64,000 nt of DNA from an uncultured Nitrososphaeraceae archaeon (GTDB taxonomy: Archaea; Thermoproteota; Nitrososphaeria; Nitrososphaerales; Nitrososphaeraceae): the NCBI GenBank assembly GCA_963779615.1, contig CAVZZA010000001.1:608001-672000 (forward strand). The letters run 5' to 3'. This document shows positions 1 through 9,877 of this stretch, piece after piece. The notes below the pieces were generated by a model, which did not search any database, was not told where the DNA came from, and saw only the letters and a program-made list of their open reading frames with translations. Each line of letters begins with the position of its first letter. Position 1 is the first letter of the stretch. Both the position numbers and the translations under genes were made by a program.

Positions 1-17
1 GACAAGTAATATGTAAT

Positions 18-803
18 TTATTTATGGAATGCATTGTAATGATTTTTAAACTGCGCATTTGATTCAGTCAATATCTTTTTGAAATGCATCTTGTTCCAGT
101 GATTTTTTGTCTTCCTCTTTTGTATTTTCCATTTCAAGTGAGAAAACAACCCTGTGGAATAGTGATTTGAGACTGTTTGATGCCAAGTCAAAGCCCCCAA
201 TTGCCATTTGCCCAAATATTTTTTTTGGGTGTGAAGGCCGACTAAGATATTTCCTCTTCATTTATTTTTTTTGAGTTATATGTTTTTTTTAGACAAAGAA
301 AACAAAGAAGACTTATCCTCCTTCAGGCCGCAGTCACATCTTCTCTTCTCAAAAAATTATTTGACTCTGACTTCAAACTAGTCTGCATATTCTCTTAAAC
401 TTGGACCAAGACTTTTCTCTATGCCTGTGCAGATACCACTCAATAAATCATTTATCACTCTGGCAAATTGTGGACTAACCGGCAATTGTCTTGTATTCCA
501 TCCCTGGATACAAATAATGCCTATGAAAACCATGTTTTCTGTGTCTTTATAACAAACCCTTTGATAAATACACCAGTTTTGAGTTTTTTGCCATTTGATT
601 CTGTGCCCGATTGAAAATGGAAAGTATGTTTTGTTTTTTGTGTATAGAGTGAACAGCCCCTGTTCTGATAATTTACATTTGGGATTCCTTGCTGATTCTT
701 TCTCTGAAAGCTGTGTGTTGCCTGTTGCTCTTTCTACCATTTTTGGGTCTACTGTCTTCTGGAGATTGTGAGTACTTTTGTGGCGGAATTTACCCCTCAT
801 CAA
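18..803 (-). pseudogene. Interrupted reading frames, possibly a degraded transposase or other gene relic
   Basis: Successive basic ORF fragments (378-803, 64-261, 18-215) broken by stops/frameshifts; no diagnostic motif recognised. Confidence 0.25.
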
Positions 804-1103
804 TTTCTCATCTTTGAATAGCTGATGTGCTGATAGATGGCCTGCAGAATTAAATTCGACGGTGGCCTTACCATCCCTAGTCGATTCTGTCTAAATTGGA
901 AATAAGCGAATCCATATCCACAATATAGAAAGAAAATACTATATGGAATGAGTATACCCATTTGTTTTAAACTCTTATGTGGGTGTTAGCAAGTTAACAA
1001 AACATGCATGAGAATGCGTTCTAGATAAAGCAGCCTGTCAATTTGGAAGAGATTTTTTTGCCTATTATCTTTCTTTTTTCATATGTGCAAAAAATATGAT
1101 TAA

Positions 1104-1772
1104 CTACTTGCAGGAGTGTTTGTCATGGTTTTCGAGTGTGTACAGTGCTGCCAATTTCGTGGCAAGTTCAGCCTTTATGTAGCTTGAATCGTCACCTCCA
1201 ATTATTACTATATCATCATTGAGTGGGTTTAATTTATTTACCAAAAGTTTTATGATTAGGGGCTCATTTTTTAGGGCGTCATAATCGGTATTGACTGTAA
1301 AGAATTTTTCATTTTCATATTTTAGTGTTGTAGCGCCTTTAACTCCCATTTTTATTGCGATATCTCTTTGTTCTATTCCAGAACTAATTTCCATTTTCAT
1401 CTGTCTCAATAAAACCGCGTGATTGAATTTGCCAATTGAAATTGAGCAGTGAGGCACACTTGTTTCAGAACCAATGTGCATGGATATTTTAGTTAAAAAT
1501 GATTTTCCTTTATCAGACATCCTTGTTCCATTGGTAGTTGTTATTATCATGTTTTCCGTTTTTAGGTGTTTTATCAATGTCTTGATCGAACCTTCTCCTA
1601 ATCCAAGTTCTTTGGACAGCAAACTTCTACTTACAGTTTTCTCATCTTCAATTAACTGTAATGCTTTAAACACATGTGCAGGATTAAAGGACAAAATCCT
1701 ACTGGGTGCATATCTGCTGGAAATGCTCTCGAGGGTTTTTACTAAAAGATGCACGATATTATGCCACTGCAA
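1104..1772 (-). CDS. Winged-helix transcriptional regulator-like protein (DUF4443-type C-terminal domain)
   Basis: HTH segment SRSLLSKELGLGEGSIKTLIKHL followed by GIEQRDIAIKMGVKGATTL typical of this archaeal family; directly downstream of cbtA. Confidence 0.7.
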   Translation of the reverse strand: MQWHNIVHLLVKTLESISSRYAPSRILSFNPAHVFKALQLIEDEKTVSRSLLSKELGLGEGSIKTLIKHLKTENMIITTTNGTRMSDKGKSFLTKISMHIGSETSVPHCSISIGKFNHAVLLRQMKMEISSGIEQRDIAIKMGVKGATTLKYENEKFFTVNTDYDALKNEPLIIKLLVNKLNPLNDDIVIIGGDDSSYIKAELATKLAALYTLENHDKHSCK

Positions 1773-1893
1773 ATAAATTTATTTTTATCTTGATGCTTTT
1801 TATTTTTAGAATTATACAAAATTTTATTGCCCGAACACTTTTTGATTATGATGAAAAAATAAACTAAAATATAAAAGATGAGAACACGCAAAA

Positions 1894-2625
1894 TCAAATT
1901 GCGGTTTTTCTGGAAAGCTCATGAGGCCTAAACCTGTACCAAAGCAATCCAAATACAACACCAAGAACCACCCAAAATCCGACCATGGTTAGGCCGCTCG
2001 CGATTCTGAAAGAACTCACCAAGTCCATCGGTATGGTGATTTTGTCGGGGTTGGGTGGGAACAAAGCAAACGCACTGGACATTATCACGGCATAAACCAG
2101 TGGTATGGCTATGCGGATATGGCGTACACCCCTAAACCTGTAAAACAAAACCCCAAGACCCAGGGCAGATACTGCGGATACTGCCAAGAACCCAAGGTAC
2201 AGGCTTTCCCTTAGGTATATGGTGTCCGGGTTTCCAACAGCAGGCGGGTTTCCGGGATACTTGAGGAAAGGGATGACAAACAAAGCCAGGCAGATGACTA
2301 GTGACAGGAAAACCGCCCTCTTGATGTCGCCAGAAAAAGGGAGATAGCTTCTGCCAAAAACATAAACTATGCCAAGGAGGGAGCCAAACGCCATTCCCAA
2401 GATGGAGCCCGCAATGAAACTTCCGGACTTTTGCCATGTCCTGTATGAGTTTTGCTCATTGGTGTCCACACTTTCGCCTGCCGCAACAGCCTTGGAGGTT
2501 TCCAAACCTATGGCTTTGTCGATAAATGGCTCGACAACGATTAAGTTCATGCCGGCCAAAACCACACCAGATATGGCCCCGGAAACAAGAGAGATGAGAA
2601 CAAAGAGCAGCGATTTCAACATCAA
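1894..2625 (-). CDS. cbtA: Cobalt transporter subunit CbtA (copy 1)
   Basis: Multiple TM helices, EPFIDKAIGLE and PFLKYPGNPPAVG motifs; follows a CbtB-type peptide. Confidence 0.9.
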   Translation of the reverse strand: MMLKSLLFVLISLVSGAISGVVLAGMNLIVVEPFIDKAIGLETSKAVAAGESVDTNEQNSYRTWQKSGSFIAGSILGMAFGSLLGIVYVFGRSYLPFSGDIKRAVFLSLVICLALFVIPFLKYPGNPPAVGNPDTIYLRESLYLGFLAVSAVSALGLGVLFYRFRGVRHIRIAIPLVYAVIMSSAFALFPPNPDKITIPMDLVSSFRIASGLTMVGFWVVLGVVFGLLWYRFRPHELSRKTAI

Positions 2626-2674
2626 AATCTACTTTCGATTTCCGTTATTTGAAGAATAAGAATAAAGAAGAAGA

Positions 2675-2890
2675 TTAATGGCAAGGAAAGCCTGCTGCAT
2701 GCCTCATGTCATGAGTAATCTCATGCAAGTATTTCATATCAAATGCCTGATTGCCCTGAACGAGGCTGAAAATTTGCCCTTGATCATAACCTACCACAAA
2801 AATACCAAACACTACAATGGCTGCTAAAAAACCAATGGCCATTTTTGAATTATCATATGTGCTAACAAGGGTTTTATCAAAAGTTGACAT
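2675..2890 (-). CDS. cbtB: Cobalt transporter subunit CbtB (copy 1)
   Basis: One TM helix and C-terminal LHEITHDMRHAAGFPCH signature. Confidence 0.92.
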   Translation of the reverse strand: MSTFDKTLVSTYDNSKMAIGFLAAIVVFGIFVVGYDQGQIFSLVQGNQAFDMKYLHEITHDMRHAAGFPCH

Positions 2891-2912
2891 TAATTCAAAG
2901 TTTTTTGCACTG

Positions 2913-2938
2913 TATATAAATATTTGGATAGTTTATCC
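2913..2938 (-). promoter_or_regulatory. cbtB promoter: TATA box with upstream palindrome GGATA-N3-TATCC
   Basis: TTTATATA about 25-30 nt before the cbtB ATG; palindrome at 2926-2938, near-conserved in copy 2 (33123-33135 GGATAaacCATCC). Confidence 0.55.
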
Positions 2939-3117
2939 GGCTCTGTTCACTTAAGAAAAATTAATTGCCTTTTTTATTGTGAATATAGTAATTAAAAATA
3001 TTTGAAGAGAATTCGGGTTAAACTGTCCTTAATTTATTAAAATTGAATTTTTTGGATTTCAAAAACCATTTCATTTAGACAAATATAAAACAGGTAAATG
3101 CTTAAGTGAACAGAGCC
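2939..3117. mobile_element. 179-bp MITE with IS6-type ends
   Basis: Perfect 17-bp TIR GGCTCTGTTCACTTAAG / CTTAAGTGAACAGAGCC; 8-bp target duplication GTTTATCC (2931-2938, 3118-3125); same TIR as the IS at 15893. Confidence 0.92.
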
Positions 3118-3189
3118 GTTTATCCAATCATACTATTTAAAATAGAAAAAACAATTGATCCGTAACATTGAAAAAAAACATGATCAGCA

Positions 3190-3379
3190 TCACTAAAAAG
3201 ATAATAAAGGAGTGAATTATATGATGCCAACGTCATTTCCAGTGACTGATTCACTCCTTTATTATCTGAGTATTGATTCCAGATTATTTGCGATCCCAAT
3301 GAACTAGGCATATGCAGGATTGGTTTGTAAAGCTCATGCTTGATTTATTGAGTCTACAAAGAGCTATTTTATAGACATG
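3190..3379 (-). ncRNA. Candidate structured small RNA, copy 1
   Basis: Downstream of TATA + operator; perfect 19-bp stem (3199-3217/3249-3267) with inner GUCA/UGAC hairpin; homologous to 9375-9555 and 32708-32895; only a 4-codon ORF at the start. Confidence 0.5.
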
Positions 3380-3413
3380 ATTAGGTAAGCCTAACAAAAA
3401 TATAAACCTGATC
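3372..3413 (-). promoter_or_regulatory. TATA box + DtxR/MntR-type operator TTAGG-N4-CCTAA (copy 1)
   Basis: 42-bp block GATCAGGTTTATATTTTTGTTAGGCTTACCTAATCATGTCTA identical in three places; palindrome at 3381-3394 lies between TATA and the predicted start. Confidence 0.7.
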
Positions 3414-3959
3414 ATGATTTTCTATTGTTATAATAACAATATACTGTGGAGAAGACATTTGAAAAAATTGTTTTTAGATTACCTTCTCCTCGTGATTACA
3501 TCCTTATGATTAAAAGGAACAGTTCAACTAAAAACCGTTTTTTTATGTTGCTTTGTGTGGATGTATGTTAATAATAAAATAGATAGTTTCTGTACTCTTG
3601 ATTTCTTGCTTACAATTGAATTAATTAAAACAAATAACGCTGTACTTAATTACCGAAACCAAACTTTATTCAATTCAACCCTTTTTTAAGGATGAATCCA
3701 AATTCTCAAAGGTGGTTAGCATAGTAAAAGATTTTTCCTTTAACTATTCAAATTTGCAAAATCTAGTCTCAGGTATGGTGGTAAGGTTATATAGGAATTT
3801 GTTATCACCCTTCACAGGCTATTTTTAAGCATAAACATAAAAACAATAGGAGGAAGACACTTTTTTACCTTTTATTGGATTGAGATGGTGTAATTTCTTA
3901 TTGTGTTCTATAGTTGTACAATAATAAATATAAGTTTAAAATACTGAATTGTAGTAAAA

Positions 3960-5717
3960 TTGATGTTTTTCAACACATTCAAAATTTCGACAGCCTTTAT
4001 TATTACTGGTTTGACGATTTTCGGGATTAGTTACCTCCTTCCTGATGGTGCCTTTGGTGATACTGACAGCTCCCTGTTTGCTTATGCAACAACCAATTCC
4101 TCAGGCTCTCTGCAAAATCAGGCAGATGGCGGAAAATCAAGCAACAACAGTTCAGCATCCAATTTTAGCGAAGAGGCCATAATGCATAAAATACAGATGA
4201 TGAGCGCAAAAGAAAAACAATTCCTCTGTGGAAGCAAAACCCAAGGCTCTAGTTACTATGTAAGCGAATTCGTAACTCCTGTGCCATGCAACCATCCGGT
4301 TGGGTTAGTTGCAGACAAAGACAATAACATATGGATAGCGTCTGGTTGGAGTGGGAGTATATTGGTGTTTAATCCCCATTCAAACACCTTTATTAAAACC
4401 ATAAAAATACCCAATTGGCCTCAAAATCAAGGGGAACTTGGCTCAATGATTTGGGAAATGAAATTTGACAAAAATGGTGATTTATGGTTTACGGATGAAA
4501 AAACTAACTCCATATGGAAGTATTTTACCAAAGAGGGAAAGTTTGAAAACTATAAAATACTTGCCAAAGGGGGCTACCCATTATCATTTGTTTTTGACTC
4601 AAACAACAACATATATTTTACTCAGGTATTTGGAAAGAGACTTGGATTCCTTGACCCGTTAAAAGTAGAGAATAATACTACCAAAGGGATTTCGGAATTG
4701 GAGTTATCAAAACAACTAAAATTCGAAACCATGGGTCCAATCTCCAATGGATTTGGATTTACTGATAACACCAAGAATGGCAGTAAAAGCAACACGAATG
4801 AAACAATGTGGTTTTCAACAGTTAGTTTTCCGGTCGGTGGTCAGTTGATTAAATACGACATAACTGAGGGAACTCTTACCATTCATGACTTGACCCATAA
4901 ACACAGTGTCCCAATAAGTGTGGCAGAGGACGATAATGGAACTATCTGGACCAATGACCACGCATCAAGCCTCTTCCTGATGTTGGACCCCAAAACAGGT
5001 TACACAAAAGAATATGCAACCTCTTTCCCGTCAACAGCCAACACAACCACATTGCCCTACTACAACCAATACAGGGATGGAAAGATATGGTTCAACGAAC
5101 ACTATGGAAATGCGATTGCCTCCTATGACATAAAGAACAAAACACTTGTGGAATATCACATACCATCTAAAAATCCACTTTGGGCCAATTCATCAAATCC
5201 TCTCAAATTCACATTTGATAATGATGGTTCCGTATGGTTTACCGAATGGACAGAAAACAAGCTGGGTGTTATACCCAAGGAAAAAATCAACCAATTGCCT
5301 ATTTCGCTATCCACCTCAAAGGATAAGATGAGCATAGATAGCAAAAATGGTAAAGGAGACACAGTTGATGTTAGCATTTATAATAACAAATTGAACGGTA
5401 CTGGCACTAATGGAAACAACAGCAATGCATTTTTGGAAGGTGATGAACCAGGCAAGCCTGCCAACATCACTATGTTTGCAACTTCGTCGATATCCAAGAA
5501 TGGATCATTGTTGAACCTCACAGGTGATTTTGGCAAAGACCGCTTCTTGACAACTGATTTACCGGTATCTACTGCTGGACCTTATCAACCGCACAAAACT
5601 ACTTTAGAAATAAATCCAACCAAGGACATTGTCCCTGGAGATTACACACTGACAATCAGCGCCCGATACAATGATGACATCACTGTTTCAAAAATAATAG
5701 ATTTGGATATCCAATAG
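3960..5717 (+). CDS. Secreted Vgb-lyase-like beta-propeller protein
   Basis: Signal peptide; repeated blades of type D.dG.lWFTE...N.i; C-terminal beta-sandwich-like region. Confidence 0.8.
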   Translation: MMFFNTFKISTAFIITGLTIFGISYLLPDGAFGDTDSSLFAYATTNSSGSLQNQADGGKSSNNSSASNFSEEAIMHKIQMMSAKEKQFLCGSKTQGSSYYVSEFVTPVPCNHPVGLVADKDNNIWIASGWSGSILVFNPHSNTFIKTIKIPNWPQNQGELGSMIWEMKFDKNGDLWFTDEKTNSIWKYFTKEGKFENYKILAKGGYPLSFVFDSNNNIYFTQVFGKRLGFLDPLKVENNTTKGISELELSKQLKFETMGPISNGFGFTDNTKNGSKSNTNETMWFSTVSFPVGGQLIKYDITEGTLTIHDLTHKHSVPISVAEDDNGTIWTNDHASSLFLMLDPKTGYTKEYATSFPSTANTTTLPYYNQYRDGKIWFNEHYGNAIASYDIKNKTLVEYHIPSKNPLWANSSNPLKFTFDNDGSVWFTEWTENKLGVIPKEKINQLPISLSTSKDKMSIDSKNGKGDTVDVSIYNNKLNGTGTNGNNSNAFLEGDEPGKPANITMFATSSISKNGSLLNLTGDFGKDRFLTTDLPVSTAGPYQPHKTTLEINPTKDIVPGDYTLTISARYNDDITVSKIIDLDIQ

Positions 5718-6100
5718 CCGCACATAATATTTTTTTTCTCTCTGTTTGCATTTTTAAGAAAAATAATCAACTGCTCATTCAATTCTTTTTTTTTCTTCTT
5801 CGCTTATGATGGTTAACCTGCGGTACTAGAATCGGATGTCTGGCTATTAGCAGGATTGTGTCGCGTTTGCCTGTGCATGTGAGAAAATGCTGTTTGAAAA
5901 TAACAGTAATAGAATCGTAGTTGGACTAATGGCATGAAAATCGGGCAATGATTTATTTTTGGAATGCTTACTGATTATGTGAAAGCACAAAAAATTATCC
6001 AGATAACCTTTTCTTAATTAATAAGATGATAAAATGATTTTTTTAATTGAAATGGTGTTATATGATAAAGGGGTTTACCAAGAGAATGCTTTCAATTCCC

Positions 6101-6444
6101 CTAGTCCTTAAACTTTTGCCAGAGTCTAACAATTTTTTCTCCAACTGGTTTTTGCTTTACACTAATGAAATAGAATTGTTTTTATAACTTATGCTTACCT
6201 CATGAACCCATCGAGTGTAAAAAGACTCGTCCATCCCTTCTGCTCTCCTTATAATTTTTGTTTTCTTGATAATGCCAAGTTGTTCCAGTCCAGTCACTTT
6301 TCTATAGGTAGATGATGATGGCATGTCCAATAAAGTGGATATTTTTTGTATACTCAATTCTTTTCCATCCAGCAATTCAATTATTGTCAGGCTTGTTTCG
6401 TTGGAAAGAATAAGCAAAATATCCTTTGCGTATGAATTCGTCAA
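6101..6444 (-). CDS. ArsR-like winged-helix regulator, apparently frameshifted near 6160
   Basis: HTH SIQKISTLLDMPSSSTYRKVTGLEQLGII; another frame continues VKQKPVGEKIVRLWQKFKD* to 6101; start overlaps the upstream gene's stop. Confidence 0.75.
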
Positions 6445-6713
6445 CTTTTAAGGACAGCTAAAATTACTAACACAAAGCCAAAAATTTCAAAAACTTCTTC
6501 ACCCATTCTCCGATTAGTATCGTCTAAAAAGCTGCTGTCTGCAAAGCCTATAAAATCTCCCATTATTGTATCCCCAATGGTTATAAGAGCGAAGCCAAAT
6601 GTTAGGTAAAGCATTGGAACATATTTGGTCTTTTTAAAAGCCTTGGCTGTAAGATAAACCAAAAGAGCTCCCACAATGATATGGATTGAAATTACTATGG
6701 GATAAATATTCAT
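6441..6713 (-). CDS. Small three-TM membrane protein coupled to the wHTH gene
   Basis: Hydrophobic helices, KAFKKTKYVPMLYLTFGFALI; similar to 13563-13922. Confidence 0.75.
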   Translation of the reverse strand: MNIYPIVISIHIIVGALLVYLTAKAFKKTKYVPMLYLTFGFALITIGDTIMGDFIGFADSSFLDDTNRRMGEEVFEIFGFVLVILAVLKS

Positions 6714-6891
6714 CTTTGTATTAGGATTCTGGTTGGATTACATTTTCACTAAACTATATGAAAAACTAAAATGATATCCTCAACCCATTTAAGTCAAACA
6801 AAATATAAAGGATTACCAAATTAATGACTCCTATTATCATTTACTGAGAATAGAGCTATATTTTTTATATCAATTGAATAAAGTAAATTAA

Positions 6892-7677
6892 ATGACATTA
6901 CCGAAAACTAACCTATCAAATACATTTTACTTAATAATGGCGATTACCACATTTACAATTCTTTTGCAATCCATGACATCTGTTAATGATATTGCATTTG
7001 CACAAGTAAGCAACCAACAGCCAAACATCAATGCCCAGAGTCTTTTCAACACCCAAGCAATGACATTGGGAAACAATGTGAAGAACCTTGTGATACTCAT
7101 ACCCAATGAGGGACACCATGGCCCCAATGAAGCCAGTGAAGCCAGGTTCCTGGAACCGTCATTTGTCCCTGCAAATGCGGTGATAAACACTGGAACCACA
7201 GTAGCATGGTATAATGGTGATTTCGGTCACGAACGTACGGTAAACGTAAAAGACGCAACCGGCAGCTCGGTTGTATTTAGCACCGGGGCAATAATAGACA
7301 ATCAGGCATCAAAAACATACACATTCAACACTCCCGGAACCTACAGTTATGAGGCAATTGGCGACGCGGGTTACATAATGAAGGGCACCATAACTGTCAA
7401 AAACATTCAATCCCCTGTAACCTCACCCGCTGCTGCTGGTGGAATAGACACAGTGGGGGTATTGATGGTTCCAACACAAGACTTAAACAAATACATGCAG
7501 GACATCAAGAATGCCGGTTTAACTGTCGACAGCGGGCATAACTTCAAAGACCTAAGGGGAGGTCAGAGCGGAACAGGAGACGTGCAGACACTCTTGGTGT
7601 GGGCCTCAGGCGGCAAGGATTTGAATACCGCGATTGCGCCCCTAAGCCAGCTATCGTTAACCTTACCATACAGTTAA
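6892..7677 (+). CDS. Secreted cupredoxin-like protein, IPxEGHH family (paralogue 1)
   Basis: Signal peptide; NLVILIPNEGHH; cupredoxin-like strands (GTTVAWYN, FNTPGTYSY, MKGTITV) without the type-1 Cys. Confidence 0.8.
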   Translation: MTLPKTNLSNTFYLIMAITTFTILLQSMTSVNDIAFAQVSNQQPNINAQSLFNTQAMTLGNNVKNLVILIPNEGHHGPNEASEARFLEPSFVPANAVINTGTTVAWYNGDFGHERTVNVKDATGSSVVFSTGAIIDNQASKTYTFNTPGTYSYEAIGDAGYIMKGTITVKNIQSPVTSPAAAGGIDTVGVLMVPTQDLNKYMQDIKNAGLTVDSGHNFKDLRGGQSGTGDVQTLLVWASGGKDLNTAIAPLSQLSLTLPYS

Positions 7678-7724
7678 TAGCGTCTTTTTCTTATTTTCCA
7701 AGTCAATTTAATACCCCACTTCTC

Positions 7725-8120
7725 CATTATGGGAGTATGATGTGGTAACCTTACAAAATTCCCTCGTATGAAAGATGGTGACACGAAGTTGTTGATCCAG
7801 GTTTGGGGAATGGTATAGATGTGTTCCTGGCTGCAAATGTTGTCAAGGAAAACTGAAAGTTCTGGAGTGGATGTGACGGATAAAATGTTAGATAAAGCAA
7901 GGGACAATGGTGAAAAATATAATTACAAAATGTTGATTTTGGACAAGGATACATTGAAGAAAAAATACCAGGAGAGGATAACAGTGTGGATATTGTTACA
8001 AGTAATTGTGTGATCAATCTTGCATCAAGCAAGGTAAATGCATTCAAGGAGGTTTACTGAATCCTAAAACCAAACGGAAATGGTAAAATGGTTATCAGAT
8101 CTAGTCACGGATAAATGGGT
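7725..8120 (+). pseudogene. arsM: Arsenite methyltransferase-like pseudogene fragment
   Basis: Across frames: CGNL, VVDPGLGNGIDVFLAAN, GVDVTDKMLDKARDN, SVDIVTSNCVINLA..K..AFKEVY*ILKPNG; several stops and frameshifts. Confidence 0.75.
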
Positions 8121-8214
8121 AGCAGATACAGGTGGGCTCACGATTTTAACAAACTCTGCCTTGTCCAAAACAATGTTTATTTCACTGATGGTTTGCTTGA
8201 TTTACTCCACTGGT

Positions 8215-8560
8215 GCGTTACCGTCTATCTGTGTCCTAGTTTTTCCATTAACAGTGATTATTCATGGTCTGACAACTCTTTGCCTATTGGCTGCTCAATG
8301 TGCTCAAAATTGTCCAAATAGGCTGCTGTTGCCCACTCTTCGGCCTTGGTCGAGTCATTGGTCGAGTATGATGCGATTACCTGATCAAGCAGTGATCTTA
8401 TGTTGATATTTGGCCTTGGGTGCTTTTTTCATCAGATGCTGTATTGTTTGCTTGGGCAAATGATGATGATGCAGTATTGCCTATCACTAAAGATATGGCG
8501 GCCACAACAATTGCGACAAATGCTTTGTTTCCTTGCTGAATGTTTGTAAGCATTTTTTGA
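8215..8560 (-). pseudogene. Internally deleted copy of the secreted protein at 30514-31605
   Basis: 8215-8400 matches 30600-30770 and 8440-8560 matches 31485-31605 at DNA level. Confidence 0.8.
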
Positions 8561-8853
8561 ATTTTTTCTTCAACATTATTCAGCAATTATAAAAATGCGT
8601 TATAGAAAGAAGCATTGCGAACTTTGTTGAATTTCAGTTTTATTTAATTATTTTACTGGTTACTATCGGGGCATATATCTATTCCCAAGAAAGAGAATGT
8701 CAAATACCTCCTAAATTGAAATGTCGCTACCAGAACACTAAACAGTGTATGGTGGGCATCTATGGCATTAGAGAATATACTATCCTAACTATTTTATGGA
8801 AAGATCTGACAAAATCAACTTATGGATGAACATGGTAAAACAATTATACCTGA

Positions 8854-9064
8854 ATGAATGGAACTTTGTTTTGCCATGTTATGCTGCTTATTGTAGGAGT
8901 CTTGGCCTTTGCCTTAAAGGATTCTCAGAAAAGTAATGCTTCCACAGATAGCTATAACCCGGATAACCCAAATGATTCGCCATTCTGTTTACCGTTGATT
9001 CCGATGCTGCAGATCAGTCAGACGATGGAGATTATCAGTCAGACGGTGACATACCATTCCCATA
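8854..9064 (+). pseudogene. Frameshifted copy of the small secreted acidic protein at 32169-32402
   Basis: Near-identical N-terminus; frame lost at about 8995 relative to the paralogue's DDGDYQSDGDIPFP end. Confidence 0.6.
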
Positions 9065-9339
9065 ACGTATTTCCGCCTCTAAATATTAAAAAAATACTAT
9101 AAAAAATTTAATCCATTTCTTTTCCTTTTTAAAATACCAAAATGATTCACCATGTCAGGTTTTATAAATAAAATTGAATGTTTGTAAAAATTTGAGAAGA
9201 TCTTTCTTCAATTGCAGCCTTAAATTCAGGCGTTGCATTCAACTTTTATTGTAACGTCAACAGGAACAAGATCTTCTGGAGAAACAATTACCCTCCTACG
9301 ATCTTTATTTATGATGTTATTTTAACAACGGAGAATCAT

Positions 9340-9381
9340 GATCAGGTTTATATTTTTGTTAGGCTTACCTAATCATGTCTA
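9340..9381 (+). promoter_or_regulatory. TATA box + TTAGG-N4-CCTAA operator (copy 2)
   Basis: Identical 42-bp block; palindrome at 9359-9372. Confidence 0.7.
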
Positions 9382-9555
9382 AAATAACAAACTAGACACA
9401 AAAAATAGGCGCAATCTAATACACATCAAATCCTGGGTAAGTCATAAACACTGGAACATAGTCAACTGGGACTCATATTCACGATAATAAAGGAGTAAAC
9501 GTTATTGGGGATGACATTGGCATTCTTACCATCACTCCTTTATTGTCTCTTTAAT
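9375..9555 (+). ncRNA. Candidate structured small RNA, copy 2 (no downstream gene)
   Basis: 14-bp stem 9483-9496/9534-9547 with one U.G pair; inner GUUA/UGAC stem. Confidence 0.45.
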
Positions 9556-9877
9556 ACTAATATCTATCGTTACTCAACGATAGATATTTTATTTTTTTTT
9601 CACTATATTTACGGATAAATGGACATACTATCCATTCTTAATATGAGAAAATATCATTGAGAGAACCATGCAGTACATCAAAGGCAGAACAAAATATTAT
9701 GATGATTAATACCCGGTAAAAAAATCTCAAACTAAATCAAATGCAAAATTGGCTAATCATATGTTTGATTCCACATCAAGGAATTAGAAACTTTTTAGCG
9801 TAAGGAAATCATTTACAAAATAACTAATAAAAAATGAGCAAAAGAATAGGAAGAAGAAGTTTTTCTTATCTGTTCTT

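Larger units (their letters stand above)
8575..9560 (+). repeat. Diverged direct duplication of 31890-32905
   Basis: Long colinear similarity including the small acidic-protein gene, TATA-operator block and hairpin. Confidence 0.9.

Noticed and set aside
3222-3308. Small antisense peptide behind AAGGAG (type I toxin-like)
   Set aside because: Length and sequence are not conserved among the three copies (MMPTSFPVTDSLLYY.., MPMSSPITF.., MPMSFPVTDSLLYC..), and it is not strongly hydrophobic.
3190-3379. Cobalamin riboswitch upstream of cbtBA
   Set aside because: Core motifs (AGGGAA.CCGGUG..AAUCC, GCCACUG...GGGAAG, B12 box) are not recognisable; only CACUGG resembles them. An Rfam scan would settle it.
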